This document shows, piece after piece, positions 9,662-24,800 of a stretch of 64,000 nt of DNA. Below the pieces are notes generated by a model that saw nothing but the letters and a program-made list of their open reading frames with translations, searched no databases and was not told the DNA's origin. The DNA comes from Auanema rhodensis (taxonomy: Eukaryota; Animalia; Nematoda), in contig OZ059900.1 in assembly GCA_964057225.1 (NCBI GenBank), positions 15,438,001-15,502,000 of the forward strand, read 5' to 3'. Both the position numbers and the translations under genes were made by a program. Numbering within the stretch: the first letter of the stretch is position 1; each line of letters opens with the position of its first letter.

Positions 9662-12600
9662 TGTTTTTTTGTCGTGAAATTGGAACTAGACGTTGTACAA
9701 ACAATTTTGAGCTAGGTTTCATTGACATTGCATGAGTTTGAACACATGAAATCGTAAGTCAAAACCTTGTTTACAGCGAAATTTCCAAAAACTGGTTTTC
9801 CAGCATGATAAAATATTTCTCATGGGAAATACTGTGTTTTTGTATTTTTCTAGTGTTCAGCATGTAAAATACTTCATTTTAGTATGTAACACGCTGAAAT
9901 TCGTTGCATTTGACGACTCATATGAACAAAAATCGATTTAATCAATATTAGCCATAAGGGGCGTGCCCTCAGAATATGCTAATTTCCTTAATTTTCTAAC
10001 CCCTGTTTTTTTGTCGTGAAAGTGGAACTAGACGTTGTACAAACAATTTTGAGCTAGGTTTCATTGACATTGCATGAGTTTGAACACATGAAATCGTAAG
10101 TCAAAACCTTGTTTACAGCGAAATTTCCAAAAACTGGTTTTCCAGCATAATAAAATATTTCTCATGAGAAATACTGTGTTTTTGTATTTTTCTAGTGTTC
10201 AGCATGTAAAATGCTTCATTTTAGTATGTAACACGCTGAAATTCGTTGCATTTGACGACTCATATGAACAAAAATCGATTTAATCAATATTAGCCATAAG
10301 GGGCGTGCCCTCATAATATGCTAATTTCCTTAATTTTCTAACCCCTGTTTTTTTGTCGTGAAAGTGGAACTAGACGAAACCTTGTTTACAGCGAAATTTC
10401 CAAAAACTGGTTTTCCAGCATAATAAAATATTTCTCATGGGAAATACTGTGTTTTTGTATTTTTCTAGTGTTCAGCATGTAAAATGCTTCATTTTAGTAT
10501 GTAACACGCTGAAATTCGTTGCATTTGACGACTCATATGAACAAAAATCGATTTAATCAATATTAGCCATAAGGGGCGTGCCCTCAGAATATGCTAATTT
10601 CCTTAATTTTCTAACCCCTGTTTTTTTGTCGTGAAAGTGGGACTAGACGTTGTACAAACAATTTTGAGCTAGGTTTCATTGACATTGCATGAGTTTGAAC
10701 ACATGAAATCGTAAGTCAAAACCTTGTTTACAGCGAAATTTCCAAAAACTGGTTTTCCAGCATAATAAAATATTTCTCATGGGAAATACTGTGTTTTTGT
10801 TTTTTTCTAGTGTTCAGCATGTAAAATGCTCCATTTTAGTATGTAACACGCTGAAATTCGTTGCATTTGACGACTCATATGAACAAAAATCGATTTAATC
10901 AATATTAGCCATAAGGGGCGTGCCCTCAGAATATGCTAATTTCCTTAATTTTCTAACCCCTGTTTTTTTGTCGTGAAAGTGGAACTAGACGTTGTACGAA
11001 CAATTTTGAGCTAGGTTTCATTGACATTGCATGAGTTTGAACACATGAAATCGTAAGTCAAAATCTTGTTTACAGCGAAATTTCCAAAAACTGGTTTTCC
11101 AGCATAATAAAATATTTCTCATGGGAAATACTGTGTTTTTGTATTTTTCTAGTGTTCAGCATGTAAAATGCTTCATTTTAGTATGTAACACGCTGAAATT
11201 CGTTGCATTTGACGACTCATATGAACAAAAATCGATTTAATCAATATTAGCCATAAGGGGCGTGCCCTCATAATATGCTAATTTCCTTAATTTTCTAACC
11301 CCTGTTTTTTTGTCGTGAAAGTGGAACTAGACGAAACCTTGTTTACAGCGAAATTTCCAAAAACTGGTTTTCCAGCATAATAAAATATTTCTCATGGGAA
11401 ATACTGTGTTTTTGTATTTTTCTAGTGTTCAGCATGTAAAATGCTTCATTTTAGTATGTAACACGCTGAAATTCGTTGCATTTGACGACTCATATGAACA
11501 AAAATCGATTTAATCAATATTAGCCATAAGGGGCGTGCCCTCAGAATATGCTAATTTCCTTAATTTTCTAACCCCTGTTTTTTTGTCGTGAAAGTGGAAC
11601 TAGACGTTGTACGAACAATTTTGAGCTAGGTTTCATTGACATTGCATGAGTTTGAACACATGAAATCGTAAGTCAAAACCTTGTTTACAGCGAAATTTCC
11701 AAAAACTGGTTTTCCAGCATAATAAAATATTTCTCATGGGAAATACTGTGTTTTTGTATTTTTCTAGTGTTCAGCATGTAAAATGCTTCATTTTAGTATG
11801 TAACACGCTGAAATTCGTTGCATTTGACGACTCATATGAACAAAAATCGATTTAATCAATATTAGCCATAAGGGGCGTGCCCTCAGAATATGCTAATTTC
11901 CTTAATTTTCTAACCCCTGTTTTTTTGTCGTGAAAGTGGGACTAGACGTTGTACAAACAATTTTGAGCTAGGTTTCATTGACATTGCATGAGTTTGAACA
12001 CATGAAATCGTAAGTCAAAACCTTGTTTACAGCGAAATTTCCAAAAACTGGTTTTCCAGCATAATAAAATATTTCTCATGGGAAATACTGTGTTTTTGTT
12101 TTTTTCTAGTGTTCAGCATGTAAAATGCTCCATTTTAGTATGTAACACGCTGAAATTCGTTGCATTTGACGACTCATATGAACAAAAATCGATTTAATCA
12201 ATATTAGCCATAAGGGGCGTGCCCTCAGAATATGCTAATTTCCTTAATTTTCTAACCCCTGTTTTTTTGTCGTGAAAGTGGAACTAGATGTTGTACGAAC
12301 AATTTTGAGCTAGGTTTCATTGACATTGCATGAGTTTGAACACATGAAATCGTAAGTCAAAACCTTGTTTACAGCGAAATTTCCAAAAACTGGTTTTCCA
12401 GCATAATAAAATATTTCTCATGGGAAATACTGTGTTTTTGTATTTTTCTAGTGTTCAGCATGTAAAATGCTTCATTTTAGTTTGTAACACGCTGAAATTC
12501 GTTGCATTTGACGACTCATATGAACAAAAATCGATTTAATCAATATTAGCCATAAGGGGCGTGCCCTCAGAATATGCTAATTTCCTTAATTTTCTAACCC

Positions 12601-15600
12601 TTGTTTTTTTGTCGTGAAATTGGAACTAGACGTTGTACAAACAATTTTGAGCTAGGTTTCATTGACATTGCATGAGTTTGAACACATGAAATCGTAAGTC
12701 AAAACCTTGTTTACAGCGAAATTTCCAAAAACTGGTTTTCCAGCATGATAAAATATTTCTCATGGGAAATACTGTGTTTTTGTATTTTTCTAGTGTTCAG
12801 CATGTAAAATACTTCATTTTAGTATGTAACACGCTGAAATTCGTTGCATTTGACGACTCATATGAACAAAAATCGATTTAATCAATATTAGCCATAAGGG
12901 GCGTGCCCTCAGAATATGCTAATTTCCTTAATTTTCTAACCCCTGTTTTTTTGTCGTGAAAGTGGAACTAGACGTTGTACAAACAATTTTGAGCTAGGTT
13001 TCATTGACATTGCATGAGTTTGAACACATGAAATCGTAAGTCAAAACCTTGTTCACAGCGAAATTTCCAAAAACTGGTTTTCCAGCATAATAAAATATTT
13101 CTCATGAGAAATACTGTGTTTTTGTATTTTTCTAGTGTTCAGCATGTAAAATGCTTCATTTTAGTATGTAACACGCTGAAATTCGTTGCATTTGACGACT
13201 CATATGAACAAAAATCGATTTAATCAATATTAGCCATAAGGGGCGTGCCCTCATAATATGCTAATTTCCTTAATTTTCTAACCCCTGTTTTTTTGTCGTG
13301 AAAGTGGAACTAGACGTTGTACGAACAATTTTGAGCTAGGTTTCATTGACATTGCATGAGTTTGAACACATGAAATCGTAAGTCAAAACCTTGTTTACAG
13401 CGAAATTTCCAAAAACTGGTTTTCCAGCATAATAAAATATTTCTCATGGGAAATACTGTGTTTTTGTTTTTTTCTAGTGTTCAGCATATAAAATGCTTCA
13501 TTTTAGTATGTAACACGCTGAAATTCGTTGCATTTGACGACTCATATGAACAAAAATCGATTTAATCAATATTAGCCATAAGGGGCGTGCCCTCAGAATA
13601 TGCTAATTTCCTTAATTTTCTAACCCTTGTTTTTTTGTCGTGAAAGTGGAACTAGACGTTGTACAAACAATTTTGAGCTAGGTTTCATTGACATTGCATG
13701 AGTTTGAACACATGAAATCGTAAGTCAAAACCTTGTTTACAGCGAAATTTCCAAAAACTGGTTTTCCAGCATAATAAAATATTTCTCATGGGAAATACTG
13801 TGTTTTTGTTTTTTTCTAGTGTTCAGCATATAAAATGCTTCATTTTAGTATGTAACACGCTGAAATTCGTTGCATTTGACGACTCATATGAACAAAAATC
13901 GATTTAATCAATATTAGCCATAAGGGGCGTGCCCTCAGAATATGCTAATTTCCTTAATTTTCTAACCCTTGTTTTTTTGTCGTGAAAGTGGAACTAGACG
14001 TTGTACAAACAATTTTGAGCTAGGTTTCATTGACATTGCATGAGTTTGAACACATGAAATCGTAAGTCAAAACCTTGTTTACAGCGAAATTTCCAAAAAC
14101 TGGTTTTCCAGCATGATAAAATATTTCTCATGGGAAATACTGTGTTTTTGTATTTTTCTAGTGTTCAGCATGTAAAATGCTTCATTTTAGTATGTAACAC
14201 GCTGAAATTCGTTGCATTTGACGACTCATATGAACAAAAATCGATTTAATCAATATTAGCCATAAGGGGCGTGCCCTCAGAATATGCTAATTTCCTTAAT
14301 TTTCTAACCCCTGTTTTTTTGTCGTGAAAGTGGAACTAGACGTTGTACGAACAATTTTGAGCTACGTTTCATTGACATTGCATGAGTTTGAACACATGAA
14401 ATCGTAAGTCAAAACCTTGTTTACAGCGAAATTTCCAAAAACTGGTTTTCCAGCATAATAAAATATTTCTCATGGGAAATACTGTGTTTTTGTTTTTTTC
14501 TAGTGTTCAGCATGTAAAATGCTCCATTTTAGTATGTAACACGCTGAAACTCGTTGCATTTGACGACTCATATGAACAAAAATCGATTTAATCAATATTA
14601 GCCATAAGGGGCGTGCCCTCAGAATATGCTAATTTCCTTAATTTTCTAACCCCTGTTTTTTTGTCGTGAAAGTGGAACTAGACGTTGTACGAACAATTTT
14701 GAGCTAGGTTTCATTGACATTGCATGAGTTTGAACACATGAAATCGTAAGTCAAAACCTTGTTTACAGCGAAATTTCCAAAAACTGGTTTTCCAGCATAA
14801 TAAAATATTTCTCATGGGAAATACTGTGTTTTTGTATTTTTCTAGTGTTCAGCATGTAAAATGCTTCATTTTAGTTTGTAACACGCTGAAATTCGTTGCA
14901 TTTGACGACTCATATGAACAAAAATCGATTTAATCAATATTAGCCATAAGGGGCGTGCCCTCAGAATATGCTAATTTCCTTAATTTTCTAACCCTTGTTT
15001 TTTTGTCGTGAAATTGGAACTAGACGTTGTACAAACAATTTTGAGCTAGGTTTCATTGACATTGCATGAGTTTGAACACATGAAATCGTAAGTCAAAACC
15101 TTGTTTACAGCGAAATTTCCAAAAACTGGTTTTCCAGCATGATAAAATATTTCTCATGGGAAATACTGTGTTTTTGTATTTTTCTAGTGTTCAGCATGTA
15201 AAATACTTCATTTTAGTATGTAACACGCTGAAATTCGTTGCATTTGACGACTCATATGAACAAAAATCGATTTAATCAATATTAGCCATAAGGGGCGTGC
15301 CCTCAGAATATGCTAGTTTCCTTAATTTTCTAACCCCTGTTTTTTTGTCGTGAAAGTGGAACTAGACGTTGTACAAACAATTTTGAGCTAGGTTTCATTG
15401 ACATTGCATGAGTTTGAACACATGAAATCGTAAGTCAAAACCTTGTTTACAGCGAAATTTCCAAAAACTGGTTTTCCAGCATAATAAAATATTTCTCATG
15501 AGAAATACTGTGTTTTTGTATTTTTCTAGTGTTCAGCATGTAAAATGCTTCATTTTAGTATGTAACACGCTGAAATTCGTTGCATTTGACGACTCATATG

Positions 15601-17047
15601 AACAAAAATCGATTTAATCAATATTAGCCATAAGGGGCGTGCCCTCAGAATATGCTAATTTCCTTAATTTTCTAACCCCTGTTTTTTTGTCGTGAAAGTG
15701 GAACTAGACGTTGTACAAACAATTTTGAGCTAGGTTTCATTGACATTGCATGAGTTTGAACACATGAAATCGTAAGTCAAAACCTTGTTTACAGCGAAAT
15801 TTCCAAAAACTGGTTTTCCAGCATAATAAAATATTTCTCATGAGAAATACTGTGTTTTTGTATTTTGCTAGTGTTCAGCATGTAAAATGCTTCATTTTAG
15901 TATGTAACACGCTGAAATTCGTTGCATTTGACGACTCATATGAACAAAAATCGATTTAATCAATATTAGCCATAAGGGGCGTGCCCTCAGAATATGCTAA
16001 TTTCCTTAATTTTCTAACCCCTGTTTTTTTGTCGTGAAAGTGGAACTAGACGTTGTACAAACAATTTCGAGCTAAGTTTCATTGACATTGCATGAGTTTG
16101 AACACTTGAAATCGTAAGTCAAAACCTTGTTTACAGCGAAATTTCCAAAAACTGGTTTTCCAGCATAATAAAATATTTCTCATGGGAAATACTGTGTTTT
16201 TGTATTTTTCTAGTGTTCAGCATGTAAAATGCTTCATTTTAGTATGTAACACGCTAAAATTCGTTGCATTTGACGACTCATATGAACAAAAATCGATTTA
16301 ATCAATATTAGCCATAAGGGGCGTGCCCTCAGAATATGCTAATTTCCTTAATTTTCTAACCCCTGTTTTTTTGTCGTGAAAGTGGAACTAGACGTTGTAC
16401 GAACAATTTTGAGCTAGGTTTCATTGACATTGCATGAGTTTGAACACATGAAATCGTAAGTCAAAACCTTGTTTACAGCGAAATTTCCAAAAACTGGTTT
16501 TCCAGCATAATAAAATATTTCTCATATGAAATACTGTGTTTTTGTATTCTTCTAGTGTTCAGCATGTAAAATGCTTCATTTTAGTATGTAACACGCTGAA
16601 ATTCGTTGCATTTGACGACTCATATGAACAAAAATCGATTTAATCAATATTAGCCATAAGGGGCGTGCCCTCAGAATATGCTAATTTCCTTAATTTTCTA
16701 ACCCCTGTTTTTTTGTCGTGAAATTGGAACTAGACGTTGTACAAACAATTTTGAGCTAGGTTTCATTGACATTGCATGAGTTTGAACACATGAAATCGTA
16801 AGTCAAAACCTTGTTTACAGCGAAATTTCCAAAAACTGGTTTTCCAGCATGATAAAATATTTCTCATGGGAAATACTGTGTTTTTGTATTTTTCTAGTGT
16901 TCAGCATGTAAAATGCTTCATTTTAGTATGTAACACGCTGAAATTCGTTGCATTTGACGACTCATATGAACAAAAATCGATTTAATCAATATTAGCCATA
17001 AGGGGCGTGCCCTCAGAATATGCTAATTTCCTTAATTTTCTAACCCC

Positions 17048-20000
17048 TGTTTTTTTGTCGTGAAAGTGGAACTAGACGTTGTACGAACAATTTTGAGCTA
17101 GGTTTCATTGACATTGCATGAGTTTGAACACATGAAATCGTAAGTCAAAACCTTGTTTACAGCGAAATTTCCAAAAACTGGTTTTCCAGCATAATAAAAT
17201 ATTTCTCATGGGAAATACTGTGTTTTTGTATTTTTCTAGTGTTCAGCATGTGGAATGCTTCATTTAAGTATGTAACACGCTGAAATTCGTTGCATTTGAC
17301 GACTCATATGAACAAAAATCGATTTAATCAATATTAGCCATAAGGGGCGTGCCCTCAGAATATGCTAATTTCCTTAATTTTCTAACCCCTGTTTTTTTGT
17401 CGTGAAAGTGGAACTAGACGTTGTACGAACAATTTTGAGCTAAGTTTCATTGACATTGCATGAGTTTGAACACATGAAATCGTAAGTCAAAACCTTGTTT
17501 ACAGCGAAATTTCCAAAAACTGGTTTTCCAGCATAATAAAATATTTCTCATGGGAAATACTGTGTTTTTGTTTTTTTCTAGTGTTCAGCATGTAAAATGC
17601 TCCATTTTAGTATGTAACACGCTGAAACTCGTTGCATTTGACGACTCATATGAACAAAAATCGATTTAATCAATATTAGCCATAAGGGGCGTGCCCTCAG
17701 AATATGCTAATTTCCTTAATTTTCTAACCCCTGTTTTTTTGTCGTGAAAGTGGAACTAGACGTTGTACGAACAATTTTGAGCTAGGTTTCATTGACATTG
17801 CATGAGTTTGAACACATGAAATCGTAAGTCAAAACCTTGTTTACAGCGAAATTTCCAAAAACTGGTTTTCCAGCATAATAAAATATTTCTCATGGGAAAT
17901 ACTGTGTTTTTGTATTTTTCTAGTGTTCAGCATGTAAAATGCTTCATTTTAGTTTGTAACACGCTGAAATTCGTTGCATTTGACGACTCATATGAACAAA
18001 AATCGATTTAATCAATATTAGCCATAAGGGGCGTGCCCTCAGAATATGCTAATTTCCTTAATTTTCTAACCCTTGTTTTTTTGTCGTGAAATTGGAACTA
18101 GACGTTGTACAAACAATTTTGAGCTAGGTTTCATTGACATTGCATGAGTTTGAACACATGAAATCGTAAGTCAAAACCTTGTTTACAGCGAAATTTCCAA
18201 AAACTGGTTTTCCAGCATGATAAAATATTTCTCATGGGAAATACTGTGTTTTTGTATTTTTCTAGTGTTCAGCATGTAAAATACTTCATTTTAGTATGTA
18301 ACACGCTGAAATTCGTTGCATTTGACGACTCATATGAACAAAAATCGATTTAATCAATATTAGCCATAAGGGGCGTGCCCTCAGAATATGCTAATTTCCT
18401 TAATTTTCTAACCCCTGTTTTTTTGTCGTGAAATTGGAACTAGACGTTGTACAAACAATTTTGAGCTAGGTTTCATTGACATTGCATGAGTTTGAACACA
18501 TGAAATCGTAAGTCAAAACCTTGTTTACAGCGAAATTTCCAAAAACTGGTTTTCCAGCATGATAAAATATTTCTCATGGGAAATACTGTGTTTTTGTATT
18601 TTTCTAGTGTTCAGCATGTAAAATGCTTCATTTTAGTATGTAACACGCTGAAATTCGTTGCATTTGACGACTCATATGAACAAAAATCGATTTAATCAAT
18701 ATTAGCCATAAGGGGCGTGCCCTCAGAATATGCTAATTTCCTTAATTTTCTAACCCCTGTTTTTTTGTCGTGAAAGTGGAACTAGACGTTGTACGAACAA
18801 TTTTGAGCTAGGTTTCATTGACATTGCATGAGTTTGAACACATGAAATCGTAAGTCAAAACCTTGTTTACAGCGAAATTTCCAAAAACTGGTTTTCCAGC
18901 ATAATAAAATATTTCTCATGGGAAATACTGTGTTTTTGTATTTTTCTAGTGTTCAGCATGTGGAATGCTTCATTTTAGTATGTAACACGCTGAAATTCGT
19001 TGCATTTGACGACTCATATGAACAAAAATCGATTTAATCAATATTAGCCATAAGGGGCGTGCCCTCAGAATATGCTAATTTCCTTAATTTTCTAACCCCT
19101 GTTTTTTTGTCGTGAAAGTGGAACTAGACGTTGTACGAACAATTTTGAGCTAAGTTTCATTGACATTGCATGAGTTTGAACACATGAAATCGTAAGTCAA
19201 AACCTTGTTTACAGCGAAATTTCCAAAAACTGGTTTTCCAGCATAATAAAATATTTCTCATGGGAAATACTGTGTTTTTGTTTTTTTCTAGTGTTCAGCA
19301 TGTAAAATGCTCCATTTTAGTATGTAACACGCTGAAACTCGTTGCATTTGACGACTCATATGAACAAAAATCGATTTAATCAATATTAGCCATAAGGGGC
19401 GTGCCCTCAGAATATGCTAATTTCCTTAATTTTCTAACCCCTGTTTTTTTGTCGTGAAAGTGGAACTAGACGTTGTACGAACAATTTTGAGCTAGGTTTC
19501 ATTGACATTGCATGAGTTTGAACACATGAAATCGTAAGTCAAAACCTTGTTTACAGCGAAATTTCCAAAAACTGGTTTTCCAGCATAATAAAATATTTCT
19601 CATGGGAAATACTGTGTTTTTGTATTTTTCTAGTGTTCAGCATGTAAAATGCTTCATTTTAGTTTGTAACACGCTGAAATTCGTTGCATTTGACGACTCA
19701 TATGAACAAAAATCGATTTAATCAATATTAGCCATAAGGGGCGTGCCCTCAGAATATGCTAATTTCCTTAATTTTCTAACCCTTGTTTTTTTGTCGTGAA
19801 ATTGGAACTAGACGTTGTACAAACAATTTTGAGCTAGGTTTCATTGACATTGCATGAGTTTGAACACATGAAATCGTAAGTCAAAACCTTGTTTACAGCG
19901 AAATTTCCAAAAACTGGTTTTCCAGCATGATAAAATATTTCTCATGGGAAATACTGTGTTTTTGTATTTTTCTAGTGTTCAGCATGTAAAATACTTCATT

Positions 20001-21835
20001 TTAGTATGTAACACGCTGAAATTCGTTGCATTTGACGACTCATATGAACAAAAATCGATTTAATCAATATTAGCCATAAGGGGCGTGCCCTCAGAATATG
20101 CTAGTTTCCTTAATTTTCTAACCCCTGTTTTTTTGTCGTGAAAGTGGAACTAGACGTTGTATTAACAATTTTGAGCTAGGTTTCATTGACATTGCATGAC
20201 TTTGAACACATGAAATCGTAAGTCAAAACCTTGTTTACAGCGAAATTTCCAAAAACTGGTTTTCCAGCATAATAAAATATTTCTCATGGGAAATACTGTG
20301 TTTTTGTATTTTTCTAGTGTTCAGCATGTAAAATGCTTCATTTTAGTATGTAACACGCTGAAATTCGTTGCATTTGACGACTCATATGAACAAAAATCGA
20401 TTTAATCAATATTAGCCATAAGGGGCGTGCCCTCAGAATATGCTAATTTCCTTAATTTTCTAACCCCTGTTTTTTTGTCGTGAAAGTGGAACTAGACGTT
20501 GTACGAACAATTTTGAGCTAGGTTTCATTGACATTGCATGAGTTTGAACACATGAAATCGTAAGTCAAAACCTTGTTTACAGCGAAATTTCCAAAAACTG
20601 GTTTTCCAGCATAATAAAATATTTCTCATGGGAAATACTGTGTTTTTGTATTTTTCTAGTGTTCAGCATGTGGAATGCTTCATTTTAGTATGTAACACGC
20701 TGAAATTCGTTGCATTTGACGACTCATATGAACAAAAATCGATTTAATCAATATTAGCCATAAGGGGCGTGCCCTCAGAATATGCTAATTTCCTTAATTT
20801 TCTAACCCCTGTTTTTTTGTCGTGAAAGTGGAACTAGACGTTGTACGAACAATTTTGAGCTAAGTTTCATTGACATTGCATGAGTTTGAACACATGAAAT
20901 CGTAAGTCAAAACCTTGTTTACAGCGAAATTTCCAAAAACTGGTTTTCCAGCATAATAAAATATTTCTCATGGGAAATACTGTGTTTTTGTTTTTTTCTA
21001 GTGTTCAGCATGTAAAATGCTCCATTTTAGTATGTAACACGCTGAAACTCGTTGCATTTGACGACTCATATGAACAAAAATCGATTTAATCAATATTAGC
21101 CATAAGGGGCGTGCCCTCAGAATATGCTAATTTCCTTAATTTTCTAACCCCTGTTTTTTTGTCGTGAAAGTGGAACTAGACGTTGTACGAACAATTTTGA
21201 GCTAGGTTTCATTGACATTGCATGAGTTTGAACACATGAAATCGTAAGTCAAAACCTTGTTTACAGCGAAATTTCCAAAAACTGGTTTTCCAGCATAATA
21301 AAATATTTCTCATGGGAAATACTGTGTTTTTGTATTTTTCTAGTGTTCAGCATGTAAAATGCTTCATTTTAGTTTGTAACACGCTGAAATTCGTTGCATT
21401 TGACGACTCATATGAACAAAAATCGATTTAATCAATATTAGCCATAAGGGGCGTGCCCTCAGAATATGCTAATTTCCTTAATTTTCTAACCCTTGTTTTT
21501 TTGTCGTGAAATTGGAACTAGACGTTGTACAAACAATTTTGAGCTAGGTTTCATTGACATTGCATGAGTTTGAACACATGAAATCGTAAGTCAAAACCTT
21601 GTTTACAGCGAAATTTCCAAAAACTGGTTTTCCAGCATGATAAAATATTTCTCATGGGAAATACTGTGTTTTTGTATTTTTCTAGTGTTCAGCATGTAAA
21701 ATACTTCATTTTAGTATGTAACACGCTGAAATTCGTTGCATTTGACGACTCATATGAACAAAAATCGATTTAATCAATATTAGCCATAAGGGGCGTGCCC
21801 TCAGAATATGCTAGTTTCCTTAATTTTCTAACCCC
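17048..21835 (+). repeat. 5-monomer (1710-bp) higher-order repeat, ~3 copies
   Basis: Marker tggaatgc at 17251, 18961 and 20671. The gctaagtt and gaaactc markers follow the same 1710-bp period. Confidence 0.88.
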
Positions 21836-24800
21836 TGTTTTTTTGTCGTGAAAGTGGAACTAGACGTTGTACAAACAATTTTGAGCTAGGTTTCATTGAC
21901 ATTGCATGAGTTTGAACACATGAAATCGTAAGTCAAAACCTTGTTTACAGCGAAATTTCCAAAAACTGGTTTTCCAGCATAATAAAATATTTCTCATGAG
22001 AAATACTGTGTTTTTGTATTTTTCTAGTGTTCAGCATGTAAAATGCTTCATTTTAGTATGTAACACGCTGAAATTCGTTGCATTTGACGACTCATATGAA
22101 CAAAAATCGATTTAATCAATATTAGCCATAAGGGGCGTGCCCTCAGAATATGCTAATTTCCTTAATTTTCTAACCCCTGTTTTTTTGTCGTGAAAGTGGA
22201 ACTAGACGTTGTACAAACAATTTTGAGCTAGGTTTCATTGACATTGCATGAGTTTGAACACATGAAATCGTAAGTCAAAACCTTGTTTACAGCGAAATTT
22301 CCAAAAACTGGTTTTCCAGCATAATAAAATATTTCTCATGAGAAATACTGTGTTTTTGTATTTTGCTAGTGTTCAGCATGTAAAATGCTTCATTTTAGTA
22401 TGTAACACGCTGAAATTCGTTGCATTTGACGACTCATATGAACAAAAATCGATTTAATCAATATTAGCCATAAGGGGCGTGCCCTCAGAATATGCTAATT
22501 TCCTTAATTTTCTAACCCCTGTTTTTTTGTCGTGAAAGTGGAACTAGACGTTGTACAAACAATTTCGAGCTAAGTTTCATTGACATTGCATGAGTTTGAA
22601 CACTTGAAATCGTAAGTCAAAACCTTGTTTACAGCGAAATTTCCAAAAACTGGTTTTCCAGCATAATAAAATATTTCTCATGGGAAATACTGTGTTTTTG
22701 TATTTTTCTAGTGTTCAGCATGTAAAATGCTTCATTTTAGTATGTAACACGCTAAAATTCGTTGCATTTGACGACTCATATGAACAAAAATCGATTTAAT
22801 CAATATTAGCCATAAGGGGCGTGCCCTCAGAATATGCTAATTTCCTTAATTTTCTAACCCCTGTTTTTTTGTCGTGAAAGTGGAACTAGACGTTGTACGA
22901 ACAATTTTGAGCTAGGTTTCATTGACATTGCATGAGTTTGAACACATGAAATCGTAAGTCAAAACCTTGTTTACAGCGAAATTTCCAAAAACTGGTTTTC
23001 CAGCATAATAAAATATTTCTCATATGAAATACTGTGTTTTTGTATTCTTCTAGTGTTCAGCATGTAAAATGCTTCATTTTAGTATGTAACACGCTGAAAT
23101 TCGTTGCATTTGACGACTCATATGAACAAAAATCGATTTAATCAATATTAGCCATAAGGGGCGTGCCCTCAGAATATGCTAATTTCCTTAATTTTCTAAC
23201 CCCTGTTTTTTTGTCGTGAAATTGGAACTAGACGTTGTACAAACAATTTTGAGCTAGGTTTCATTGACATTGCATGAGTTTGAACACATGAAATCGTAAG
23301 TCAAAACCTTGTTTACAGCGAAATTTCCAAAAACTGGTTTTCCAGCATGATAAAATATTTCTCATGGGAAATACTGTGTTTTTGTATTTCTCTAGTGTTC
23401 AGCATGTAAAATGCTTCATTTTAGTATGTAACACGCTGAAATTCGTTGCATTTGACGACTCATATGAACAAAAATCGATTTAATCAATATTAGCCATAAG
23501 GGGCGTGCCCTCAGAATATGCTAATTTCCTTAATTTTCTAACCCCTGTTTTTTTGTCGTGAAAGTGGAACTAGACGTTGTACGAACAATTTTGAGCTAGG
23601 TTTCATTGACATTGCATGAGTTTGAACACATGAAATCGTAAGTCAAAACCTTGTTTACAGCGAAATTTCCAAAAACTGGTTTTCCAGCATAATAAAATAT
23701 TTCTCATGGGAAATACTGTGTTTTTGTATTTTTCTAGTGTTCAGCATGTGGAATGCTTCATTTTAGTATGTAACACGCTGAAATTCGTTGCATTTGACGA
23801 CTCATATGAACAAAAATCGATTTAATCAATATTAGCCATAAGGGGCGTGCCCTCAGAATATGCTAATTTCCTTAATTTTCTAACCCCTGTTTTTTTGTCG
23901 TGAAAGTGGAACTAGACGTTGTACGAACAATTTTGAGCTAAGTTTCATTGACATTGCATGAGTTTGAACACATGAAATCGTAAGTCAAAACCTTGTTTAC
24001 AGCGAAATTTCCAAAAACTGGTTTTCCAGCATAATAAAATATTTCTCATGGGAAATACTGTGTTTTTGTATTTTTCTAGTGTTCAGCATGTGAAATGCTT
24101 CATTTTAGTATGTAACACGCTGAAATTCGTTGCATTTGACGACTCATATGAACAAAAATCGATTTAATCAATATTAGCCATAAGGGGCGTGCCCTCAGAA
24201 TATGCTAATTTCCTTAATTTTCTAACCCCTGTTTTTTTGTCGTGAAAGTGGAACTAGACGTTGTACGAACAATTTTGAGCTACGTTTCATTGACATTGCA
24301 TGAGTTTGAACACATGAAATCGTAAGTCAAAACCTTGTTTACAGCGAAATTTCCAAAAACTGGTTTTCCAGCATAATAAAATATTTCTCATGGGAAATAC
24401 TGTGTTTTTGTATTCTTCTAGTGTTCAGCATGTAAAATGCTTCATTTTAGTATGTAACACGCTGAAATTCGTTGCATTTGACGACTCATATGAACAAAAA
24501 TCGATTTAATCAATATTAGCCATAAGGGGCGTGCCCTCAGAATATGCTAATTTCCTTAATTTTCTAACCCCTGTTTTTTTGTCGTGAAAGTGGAACTAGA
24601 CGTTGTACGAACAATTTTGAGCTAGGTTTCATTGACATTGCATGAGTTTGAACACATGAAATCGTAAGTCAAAACCTTGTTTACAGCGAAATTTCCAAAA
24701 ACTGGTTTTCCAGCATAATAAAATATTTCTCATGGGAAATACTGTGTTTTTGTATTCTTCTAGTGTTCAGCATGTAAAATGCTTCATTTTAGTATGTAAC

